Shown one piece after another: positions 12,901 through 24,400 of a stretch of 64,000 bases of DNA. Below the pieces are notes generated by a model that was given only the letters and a program-made list of their open reading frames with translations, had not been told where the DNA came from and did no database searches. This stretch comes from Paraspadella gotoi (taxonomy: Eukaryota > Animalia > Chaetognatha). Position 1 is the stretch's first letter, and each line of letters starts with the position of its first letter. Location: the NCBI GenBank assembly GCA_051294375.1, contig CM119267.1, positions 26,272,042-26,336,041 of the forward strand, in the 5' to 3' direction. The position numbers were made by a program, and so were the translations under genes.

Positions 12901-15198
12901 CTTACCTGGCCTTGTCATGGCTGACCTTTTTTTCAGCCAATGTAAATACTAGTTGTTATTTTTTTTATCATTTTTGCTCTTTTACTGTTTTTGATAATAC
13001 CAGTTTTTCTCTATCACAAAAAACACGCCTCAAATTTTTCTATAAATTCTTGTTTTGAGTCACCGCAAACATTATAAAAAAATTTCAATTAATTAAATAA
13101 TTAATGATAGCGACCACGACAATGATAATACCGACGATGATAAATTGATTGATTGCTTAATTTTTTGATTGATTAATTAAATATTTGATTAATTGATTGA
13201 ATAATTAATTAACTGATCAATTTTGGCATTGTTAGCTCAAAATTTGTTTGTTTTTTCATCTTTTCATTATGATGATTATGATGATAATAATGATGATAAC
13301 AAGGTCCAAGGATAACACCGTCATGATTAATTGAATGATTGATTGATCAATTAAATGAAATTCATATCAGGCCTGTTAGTTTTTTAGTTCTTTTTGTCAG
13401 GTCACTGACCAGGACAAAAGCAACAACGAAGTTGGAGATGACGATAATGATAACACTGACATTGTTTAATTGATTGATTAATTAATTGGTTCTTTTAATA
13501 ATTTATGGATAAATAAATTTATTAATTAGATGATTGATAAATTCATTGAATAATTGATTGATTGATAAAAAAATTGATTCATATATTTTTTGATTGATTA
13601 GTTAATTGACTGATTGATTAATTAATTGATTAATTGAATAATTAATGCAGCTTGTATTTACATTTAATAAAAAAGAAAAAAGCAAATAGGGAAACAGGTT
13701 TTTTGTTTTTTTCATTTCCACTCGACCGATTCTTACAATCTTACAAATCTTACAATTTTTCATAATACAAATTTTACTTGTTATTTGTTAACAAAAAAGA
13801 TTGTTTAAAATTATTCTACCAATGAATTACATGTCTAAAAAGAATATTTTTATAAATAATAACAAATGTGAAATTTTTAAAGAAAGGAAGCGATGTGCAC
13901 TCGAAACCGAAAGCGATCCGGGCTAAAAAACTAGGGATTGCACCCGAAAACGGGAGCGGGAGGGGTCTTGAGAAGCGCCGAAAAATCGATCGCTTCCACA
14001 TCTCTGATTTAATATATATTCTCTTTTTAATCAATTAGCCCGAATACAATCATCATTTTTATCGTCGCAATCGCGACGATATTGCTGTGGTTTTGCACAT
14101 GAGTGGCGTCGTCGTCGGCGTTCCAACTTATAGATCGCTTATTTGATGATTAAATTTGGGTGTATGAAGCTAAAAATTTATATACAGCTTCTTAAAATGT
14201 CCTTAAAATTGAGTCAGGACAGTTATTAAATGTTTTGTTTACGTTTTATCAAAACAAACAAATTTTCTCTTTCTCTTTTTTCTTTTAATTATATGTCTCT
14301 CTCCCTCTCTCTTTTCCCTAGTCACTGATTCATAGGAAAAAAGTTTGCAGCTGGTTCTGCAGGGGCTTATTCTTTTTCTCTCTTTTCTCCTGCTGCTTCT
14401 GCTGCTGCCTATTGAGTCTGCAGCTGGCTCTGCAGGGTCTTTTTTTTCTCTTTTCTCCTCCTGCTTCTGCTGCTGCCTTTTGATTTCTTTATTTTCCTCT
14501 CTCTCTGTCTGCGTTTTTATTAAAAAAAAATTGAATTAGGATTGAGCTCGTAAAATTAATCATTAATCTTTTTTTTTTTTTAACTTTAATTTTCCTCGGT
14601 ACTTTATTATTTTTTTTAATTGACAATCGCAAAATATAATTTTTCTTTCTGTTTATAAATTAATTTTCTTTTTTCAAATTTTCTTTTTTTTTAGTATCAA
14701 AATTTGTCGTCAATCCAGATGTTTCTTATGCGATTGCGACGATCCTTATGCTTTTAAGATTTTTTTAATAGGCAAATATCAAAGCAGTGTATAGCTGATA
14801 ATATTATGGTATGTATTTTTATTTTTAATTAATTTTTTTAAAAATTATTTAAAAGAAATTTTAAAATGTGATCAATGAAACCGCTAAAAATTTAAAAGCT
14901 GATACACAGTACAGATACTACCAATGATTTCAGCCTTTTGCCATGTTGCACCGAGCTGTTATTACTTTTGATCTTGTCATTACCGGTTAAGGTTTACACA
15001 GACTAAAAAAAAAGCCGTGTGTAATAAGAGAATATTTAATATTATTTATTAATTCAATATACTCATTTTCCCTCTTCGAATTCCCTTTCTTGCTTCAACC
15101 TCTAATCTCTTTCTTCTTTTCTCTCTCGCTCTTCCCACCGTCGCACCCCTTTCATTTCAGGTCTAGAGGAAGAAGAGGAAGAGATGCAAATGGGTTGA
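6989..15198 (+). CDS. SNRPA1: U2 small nuclear ribonucleoprotein A' (LRR protein); exons 6989-7070, 7169-7301, 7378-7590, 11166-11361, 11484-11646, 15161-15198
   Basis: Spliced translation MVRLTPELIAQAAQFMNPVKDYELDLRGYKVPAIENLGATLDQFDTIDMTDNEIRKLDGFPLL...NPVTTKKNYRYYVIHKLPQLRILDFRKIKQKEK...AIKRAIANAKSLEEVEHLKNLLRAGQVP...GLEEEEEEMQMG*. All introns are GT-AG with consistent phase. The short acidic last exon is the least certain. Confidence 0.95.
9992..10650 (+). mobile_element. TRIM with tRNA-like sequence in its LTRs (Helenus-like), family A
   Basis: Two ~257-bp direct repeats (9992-10248, 10392-~10650) starting TGTAG; each has A-box TGGCTCATTGAGTAAAGC and B-box GGTTCAAT(A/C)CC; the ~143-bp spacer has PBS-like TGGTGAGCCC (10273-10282) and PPT-like CTGGGGGCA before LTR2. 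No TSD resolved for this copy. Confidence 0.75.
11871..14006. mobile_element. Non-autonomous hAT-type DNA transposon in SNRPA1 intron 5
   Basis: TIRs CAGAGATGTGGA / TCCACATCTCTG; perfect 8-bp TSD ATTTAATA at 11863-11870 and 14007-14014; no coding capacity. Confidence 0.88.
14057..14760 (+). mobile_element. HINE/DINE-like non-autonomous element, family 2 (uninterrupted copy)
   Basis: T-run, 5' ATCGTCGCAA with adjacent inverted GCGACGAT, (GTC)n tract, 3' subTIR GCGATTGCGACGAT followed by a short hairpin atccttatgcttttaagat and T-run; homologous to the copies at 21001-29602 and 29897-34668. Confidence 0.7.
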
Positions 15199-15424
15199 AA
15201 ACAATTCTCACGTCTCCATTCATATCCTCTTCATTTCAATCTTCATATTTTTTTCATATTTTGAAAGATTCGAAAAATTCTTCGTTTAATTAATTCGAAT
15301 TTGTTTGTTAACTTTCCTTGTCTATTTTTTCTGGAATTAATCGTATAAGCTAATCAGCTAAAGATTATTTCTTTTGCAGAGAAGGTGTAAGAAATAAATT
15401 TGTGGTTTTGAACGTAAAGAGAGG

Positions 15425-18400
15425 ATGAGTAAATCGATCTCCAAGCGAGCCAGGGCTCGGCCCAGGGCTCGACCCTACTCGAATCTGGCCTCGGCCCATT
15501 CTTTTCTCTTTCAACTAATGGGTCAAGAGCCAGAGTTAGACGTTGTGGCTCTTGACCACGCATATGCCCGCGCCTGGAACCTTCATCCTCAAGCTTCGCG
15601 TGCCAAGCCGATGGTGACACTCTTTATGACGCCTGGCCTCAGATCAACGGCGAGCTTGACGGGTCGGAACGGAAATCGCGGGGAAATGGCCACGGTTAGT
15701 CTTGTCTTTCGATTTCGAACAAATGTAGGGTTTTTACAATTTGAGCGTGATTTTTATTTTTGAGGCGGATAACGGGGAGGAAATAGACGTGGTGGGCGTG
15801 GATGACAAACTCTCACTCTCCTATGACGTCGGAAGAGCGAAGACGTCGATGCGCGAGTGCGAGGAGGGACTCTCCTTCGTTCGAGAAGTCCAAGTCGCCG
15901 ACGAAGGTTGGGAAGAAAAGCTCGTCAAGTCCGGTGAGTACTGAGTATTGTAGGACTAAGCTCTGACGAACAAAGCCAGAGGTTTTTTAAATATATTCTT
16001 ATACCGGCCAAGGTAGAATGATGGCTATATAGTTAATATTAAGTTTCTAAAAAATCCTACCATAAATATAGAAAATATTAACCAAAATCTTTGGAAAATT
16101 CATACCTTCTTTGGAAGATTTTCGCCATAGAAGATTTTTCCCCAATCTGACTCCCAGTTGAAAACTCTTAGAATTCCGATCGTTAGCTCCTCTTTTACTT
16201 TGATTTTGAAAAATTAAGGTAAAAAACTTTTATTTCTTTAGTTTTTCAATATATAGACATCTTCATCTTGCCAATAATTTTTTGGCTTGGAAATTGCTTA
16301 GTCAGGCAGCTAGAATTATTTGAATAAAGGCTGGAGCTTCATTCTCTCAGGAACCAAAAGTTTTATGGACTTAATAGTGGGCTACATTATATCTGTAACA
16401 TTGCCTTAAAAACTTAATACTCAATTGTTTATTACACTCTATTTTTAACAAATACGATTCGCCCACAATTTGGCGATTTTACCATTTTTACCATTTAAAA
16501 AAATCTGAGTAAGTCTATCTCAACTCAGTAAAGTACGGCAGTGGTTTATTTCGTATCATTGGATTTGGCTCATGGGGTAGGTTAAGTGGAGACGAATCCG
16601 TTATTCTTTACTCGCTCAGTAGAACGATGATGATTTCTTAAGCTTCACATTTTTAGGATGGTCGTCGACGCAATCACGTTTTTTCAACAAGGTCGTCCGC
16701 GAATTGACCGCGGACAGATTGGCGCGACTTAGCTTAGTGGGGACGAAAGACGAGGCCCTGCAGATTCGCCTTCTCGTAGACAAAACTTCCAAAAGATTCC
16801 GCCAGGTTTTAGCGACGTTCCAGTGGGACCGGAGACTGTGCGCCTGGCTGCACAAAGTCGTCGTGGACCATTTCCCGAGATCATATATGGTTGCCTATCT
16901 GGACATTCTCCAAACTCTCAAGTAAATCGGCGTCATTCCACTGTAACTTTGATTTGGTTTTTTACTCATTCACTCAGTCACATTCAGTCATTAATTTTGA
17001 TAAAACGACGACGTAGGAGCAAACTTCCGAGTCTCGTCGATAGACTTCTCTGCGCCGCTCCACTTCCTTCTACCGCCGACGCCAAGCCGACGCCAAAGTC
17101 ACCACCTCATCCTTCGCCCAAGTCTCCACCGCCCGCTTTGCCGACCGGTGAGCACGAAAGGAAAAAATCAACTCTGATTTTCTTCGCCATTTCATTTTTT
17201 GGTCTGCAGAAGTCGCCGATCCGGAAGCACTTGCCTCTCTTCTCAAGCGGCCCTGGGATCCGCTGGGAAGCGTTTTCATTCAGCAGCGCCTCCGCCGTAT
17301 GCCCGCCAATCCCATATTTCTGTTAGCGGCCGACATTCCTCCTGCCCCAGGAACGACTTCCTACACAAAACGCAAGAAGTTTTGGCATCAACAGTTATCT
17401 GCCCTTGGGAAAGTGGTAAGTACAATAAATATACTAATCCATTAATGTTTGGGCGGAAACAAAATCTTAACTCGCCAGACGGGCTTATGCCTTAAGTCAA
17501 TGAATCAGTGAATGACTATCATCGCATCAGTGAATGACTATCATCGCATCAGTGAATGACTATCATCGCATCATTGAATGACTATCATCGCATCATTGAA
17601 TGACTATCATCGCATTAGTGAATGACTATCATCATATCAGTGAATAACTATCGTCGTATCAGTGAATGACTAATTGACTATCATCGAATCAGTGAATGAC
17701 TATCATCGCATCATTGAATGACTATCATCACATCAGTGAATGACTATCATCGCATCAGTGAACTACTATCATTGCATCAGTGAATTACTATCATCTCATC
17801 AGTGAATGATTATCATCGCATCAGTGAATGTCTATCATCGCATCAGTAATTAATTATCGTCGAATCAATAATTGGTTATTGTCGCATCAATTATTGGTTA
17901 TCATCACATCAATTATTGGTCATCATCGAATCAATCAATTACTATGACATCAATCAATCAATTACTATTTCATCAATAATTCGTTATCACATAAATCATA
18001 CTGAAGAGACACATTAAAATCCGATTCTTTTTAAGATAGAAATCACAGGAGAACGGCATTCTTTTCCTTTTTTTCCGTTCTATCTGAATATATGACTTTT
18101 GTTAGACTTTTTAAAATTCTTGGCCCTTCCCAGGAGCGCCAAAGTGCCATGAGCGTCAAAATTCACATATATTTGTAGATTTCTTGAACAAGTTCTATTT
18201 AAATTTAATTTTCTAATATAATTAGTTCATTCCTGACTAGAATATTGCATTGCAAGTTAATATATTAAAAAAATAGTTTTAGGTGTATGGTGGACTAAAA
18301 TCCACCAACCGTTCATCAGCGGCCATTGGTGCCGGAGGCAAGTCATTCGCCTCCCAACCCAAAGGTCCGGGGTTCTAGCCCGGTGGTCGTCTGGCAGTTA

Positions 18401-21400
18401 AGAGGGACGGGGCGCTTAACCCGCCTGTAACATGGTGTTACAGCCTGATCCGAAGCTCAGGGACTGCTTATATTTAACGGTTCTGTCACTAACACATAAC
18501 AATAATTACTGTCTCTTCAGGTGGTTATTATGTTGAAAAACTACTTTTACAAACCGGAAGTTACCAAAAACAGCAAAAAATAAGTTCTAAAGCTACGAAC
18601 TAATTTTATAAATTCGCTAGATATGTTACATGTTCTTTTTTATCATTTATTTTAAAAGTTTAATTTAAATATTTTATTTTGTTATTAGATATTGTTTAAT
18701 TATGCAGACGCGCAAGCTTTTTTACTTTAACTTTGATGTTTAAAATGGCTGATGAACTTTCATTGTATTTTATGTCAGATACCTAAATCAATAATACCAA
18801 TATACAGTCTAAGAGACAGTAATTAATGTTATGTGTTAGTGACAGAACTGTTCAATATAAGCAGTCCCTGAGCTTCGGATCAGGCTGTAACACCGTGTTA
18901 CAGGCGGGTTAAGCGCCCCGTCCCTCTTAACTGCTAGGCGACCACCGGGCTAGAACCCTGGACCTTTGGGTTGGAAGGCTAATGACTTGCCTCCAGCACA
19001 AATGGCCACTAATGAACGGTTGGTGGATTTTAGTCCACCATAATACATTTTTTTTTCCGGATTTTTTCATTTATTCTCTTTGATAGTAACGTCTGATGAG
19101 ATAGTAACTTTTTTAATTGCGCTGCAAATTCTCGCGAAGAAACTCAATATGCTAATAATTTTAAATGTTTATAATTTTTTTATTACAATATACAGAAGGC
19201 TTCATATTATAAAATGTGGTACCCCTTTTTTTGTGACCATAATCTGTTCCCACCAAAGTACTCGATCGAATTTTATGAAATTTTACATATACAGTTCTAA
19301 TGACGATACAAATGGAACTATCGAGGCGAATTTTGATATTCAACCCCTGACAAGAGATACAGGGTTCTAGGGCTGGTTGCATCAGGTGCATTAATGTCTT
19401 AAACATGTAAAAAAAACATTTTTGAACTAAAATTGATAAATTTTCAATAATTAAGCATTGTTTGAAGATGCATGGTTCATCGTTTTACTTACAATTTTCC
19501 AAAATTATTCCAAATTTGACTTGAACAGATGATGTTCATGAAGATGAAAATTAAGTTAAACTAACATTTTTGAGGTAATAAATAGGTTTTTGTGAAAGAG
19601 TAAACGTCTGTGCAATTGTTCAAAACAAAAATATTTGAAAAATTTTTAAAAAATTTTTGATCATTTTTTGCCCCAATGGGTGACCCCCCAGAGGGCCCAT
19701 ATCTCATCTAAGGGGTCAATTATTAAAATTCGCCTCGATATTTCTATTTGTATTCACATAGGGATCGTTCATTCCAAATTTCAATAAATTTGGTCCAGTA
19801 GTTATCTCGGAACGTGTTCTGGTCACAAAAAGGGGTACTATGGGAACGGAGATAGCCTGTGATACCCGGGGCGCGGGGTATCTTACCAACTGGCGTAGGG
19901 GCTGCGGACCCTCAGTGACCGCCTCCTGTCACTGGCATGTTTATACCGGCACCGTCACATTTAAGCCAGAACCGGGATACCCAGGGATTGAACCCGGGAC
20001 GCACGGATGGAATGAGATGATTTAGCCTGCTCAGCCATTGAGACGAGGCTGAGGACGACAGCAGTGAGGCAGCTTTAAGTCTTGCTGCCACAGGATCCCC
20101 CACCAGACTTCTCCACAGGGGCCTAATCCTGAGGAGATGTCTGAGAGAAGGTTTTGATCTCATTGCCATAGTGAGAGCGAGCGGGCGAGCGAGCGAGCGA
20201 GTCTGGAGCGTTACCAGAGAAGTAGGGCATAGGCATGATATGCATACCCTAAGCGACGTAAGCGTGGGCGCACGGTGCGCAGCGGTTGCGTGTTCAAGAG
20301 TAGGGCTCACCACTTATGGCAACGGGAGGATAGCCTGTGATACCCGGGGCGCGGGGTATCTCACCAACTGGCGTAGGGGCTGCGGACCCTCAGTGACCGC
20401 CTCCTGTTACTGGCATGTTTATACCGGCACCGTCACATTTAAGCCAGAACCGGGATACCCAGGGATTGAACCCGGGACGCACGGATGGAATGAGATGATT
20501 TAGCCTGCTCAGCCATTGAGACGAGGCTGAGGACGGACAGCAGTGAGGCAGCTTTAAGTCTTGCTGCCCAGTACAATTTATATATGAAGCCTTCTGTAAT
20601 TTTGTTTAAAACTTATGGAGCTTTGTTGTTTACGCGATATGTGATGATAAAGAAATACGATCAAAAAGTTATGGCGGCATAGTTGGTTTAATACACATTT
20701 AGTTATTTAAGTTAATGATGAGTTAGCTACTATAAAATATTTGTTAGTATATATTTTATATTTGTATATTTTTTTAAAATTTATATTTGTTAAAATTCCT
20801 TTCTTGTTTTTATACTAAATATAAAAATGTTTTCTTTTAGATTCCGATTACCGTTCATTCGAACTTAAACAATCCAGGAATGGCTCAGCAATGCCTCGAG
20901 AATATGATCAACACGATGCGTCTCAAGGTGAATTACGTTTTCCTTAAATTTTGCTTTTGTCCCTCTTAGTGGTCATCGTTTCTTTGTTTTCACTGTGTTT
21001 TTATCGTCGCAATTGCTTTGCGTTTGCGACGATCTTGTAACGCTTTTGCGCATAACTTATCGATCGCCTTTTTGATGATTAAATTTGGGTGTATGAAGCT
21101 GAAAATTTATATACAGTTTTTCATCATCGAGGTCCTTGAAATTGGGTGAGAACAGTTATTAAATATGTTTTGTTTACATTTTATCAAAACAAACAAATTT
21201 CCTCTATTATTTTTATGTCTCCTCTCTCTCTTTTAATTAATATAATTATATGTACTATGTAGCTCTCTCTCTCTTTTCCCCAGGCTGATTTATCGGGGAA
21301 AAAAAGTCTGCAGCTGGCTCTGCAGGGGCTTTCTTTCTTTTTCTTCTGCTGCTGCCTTTTGCTAACTGATGGGTAGGTCCATCATCTCTATCTCTGGCAG

Positions 21401-24400
21401 TGATTTCTACTCGGGTATTTTCAAAACAATAAAATTGAAACTTATATAACTTATTATTCTTTTGTTTCACTGATTAATATAAAACAACGCTTTATTTAAA
21501 AAAACGGTTGGCTATAGTTATTTCTCCTTTATAACATCGAACTCACTGGTGAATTTCTATGCTTTCAAAATACGGTAAGACATAATTTCTTTTTACCTTA
21601 AGATGAAACTAAAACGATTTTTCATGGTAAGGGCAACTTTTAAAGATTAAATTGCTCGTCAGATCTATTGCCTTTTTTAGATATACTACAGCTTAGGCAA
21701 AAAAAACGGCAAGCTATATTTTAAAATTTTTTTTTCCATTTTTTCCACTATTTTTTTCTCTCTTGAACCTTCTCTCTGTCCCTTTCTTTCTCTCTCTTTC
21801 TCTCTGTCTTTTCTCTCCATTCTCCGACTTTTCTGTCCTCATATTTCTCTGTGTCATCCCTTCTTTTCTTCCTTTACATTTTTTCTCTTCCTCTCTATTC
21901 CTGCTTTTCTCTCCCTCTCTGATACTCTTTCTTCCCTCTTTCTTATCTTTTCTTTTCTCTCAATTGTTTTCGTTCTCCCCCTTTTCCCCATATATTAATT
22001 TCTTTCCACTCTTTTTCTCTCTCCCTGCAACTTTTTTTTCAACTATGCTCTCCTCTCTCTTCTCTTTTTCTCCTTCTCACTCATTTTTGGCATTATATCA
22101 TACTGGATGTATAAAAATCTTTAAAAATGTATTGTAAGAAAGAAAATATTGGGTTGCGTATGATTTTTTTTCAAAGTTTGGTTGCCTAGCAGATTTAAAA
22201 AATCGACAGATTTTTGCGGAAATTTTTTCCGCAAAAACTGTCGATTGAAGGAGGAAAAAAATTACTGACGCTTTCCATTACATTAAAAGAATGCGGTTTT
22301 TTTTTAATTTGTTAACCTTAGTAATATTTCTCATCTATTAAAACTATAAAATAAGTCAAAAACCGAGTTTTAATTCAATATAAACGCACCTCACAAATTC
22401 ACAAATTAAAAGTTGATTTAAAAATTTAATTGCTAAAACTATTAATTTTTTGCCCTAATTTTTTAGGTACTAGAAGCACGTTGAAAGGGAATATTTGGCA
22501 TCTCGACCAAAACCTCGTACGTTTTTAAAATCGGCTAATAAATAATGATTTTTCGCTTACGAAGTTTTTATTCGTTCACCGAATTCCGATCGAATAAAAA
22601 AAATTTAAAAAATTTTTAAAAATCGATTTTCGTTTTTTTGTTAAAGTTTTCGATCTTATAATTCATTATAATTTTTATAATGAGAAAATATTTTTAAAAA
22701 AAATGTATATGAAATTGGTACAACTAATATAAAAATTATCCATTCTTTAATAATTAGCTATCTTGCCCATTACTTTGGACAGGTTTTGGTGGTTTAAGGC
22801 CTCCATCACTCTTCAAGATAATGGCGGTCTCTGCAAGCTTTTAATGAAGACTCACTCACAGTCTGGTTTATACACTCCCAGAGTACCTGGCTTCCTTATC
22901 AAGGAAGTCGAATAATGTTTCAAAGAATATTACAATTCAAATTGCACATAGATTTAAATGGTTCATCGCTTTTGTCTTGTAAGTCGCTATGCCTATGTTT
23001 AACATTAATTATTTTAGTTACTATGGTAATGGCAAAAAACAATTATAATTATTAGCATTTTATCATAATTTTTTAGCCACACTACGAATAAGTAAGACGA
23101 ATAATTAAGTGAAAAAGAATCAAATTATAATGAAAAAAATATTTTTTGAACAATTTTAAATGTAAATATCAAAAGTAAACCAGAAGCGCAGAGACGACCG
23201 CTGCCAGGAAGATCTGGCAAAACGCTGCGTCTTAGGAGTGCCGAAGAGAAACCGTGCAGCGGCACCAAATCCAAACAAAGAGCGAGCCAGGGTCGCCGCG
23301 CCTTTACTTGACAGTGAACGAATGAGAGGTGGCCTGAATCCCAGCGAAGAGAGACAATCTCTGAGGGCGATGGGCCGAGAAAAAGAGAGCGTTGGAACAA
23401 GGAACTCGGCGAGACTGGAAGTTGTGACGAGTCGAGATGCGCAGTGATGAGGCTGCAAACCAAGGGAAAATGACCACGTGACCACAAATTATTACTTTCT
23501 TTTAAAATCTTTTTTAAACAAGTTTGAGCAAACAATGTCGGATCTGCAAGTTAAGAAAAAGATGCAAGTTAAAAAATGATACAAGTTGAAAAAATGATGC
23601 GAATTTTAAAAATGATGCAAATTGAAAAAATGATATGAGTTGAAAAAATGATGTGAGTGAAAAAAAATGATGCGAGTTAAAAAGAATTTTAAAAATTGTG
23701 ATTTATCATCTGATTAGCTGATTACCGCTTAATTATCGTAAGCAGATCCGACATTGTTTGCTCAAACTTGTTTTTTATATCCAGTTCACTAATCATAATT
23801 TAATCAAAAACCTGATTAAACAATGAAGCGCAAAAAAAAATTATTATAAAGTCTTGTCGGTTGACGGATATGAATAACAAGTCGGGTCACTCTCAATTCC
23901 CAATATTTTACCAACTGCAATACTTTATATCTTAAAAAATGATAATTTTAATCTAAAGGTAATTTTTTTGTCAATCAACGTTTCATTTAACATATTTAAA
24001 ATACAAACCTGAAAAGATATTCCAAAAAAACAATGAATTTGTTGAAGTTGAAACTCCAGTAGTTATTTTTTTCAATGTTTGGAAATCTGTTCTTTTGACG
24101 GATTCGTTGATGCAGGACCAAAAAGAAAAAAAAAACACGAAAAAAACGATTTCGGACGCGGTAAGATCTTTTCGATTCGATAAACGATCTTTTAAAACCG
24201 TACGAGGTTTTGTTTGAGATGCCGATTAGATTTGTGAACATTTTGAAGTATTTTCGTTTAACAATTGTAATAAAATGTAAAAATGTAAATTTTTGATTAG
24301 TCAATTTAAAAATTAATTCATAGGTAACAATGGATGACCAACGGCAAATGAACCAACTCAGAGGTAAAAGAGATGAGAAGTACCCGAAATCTGGAGTAAA

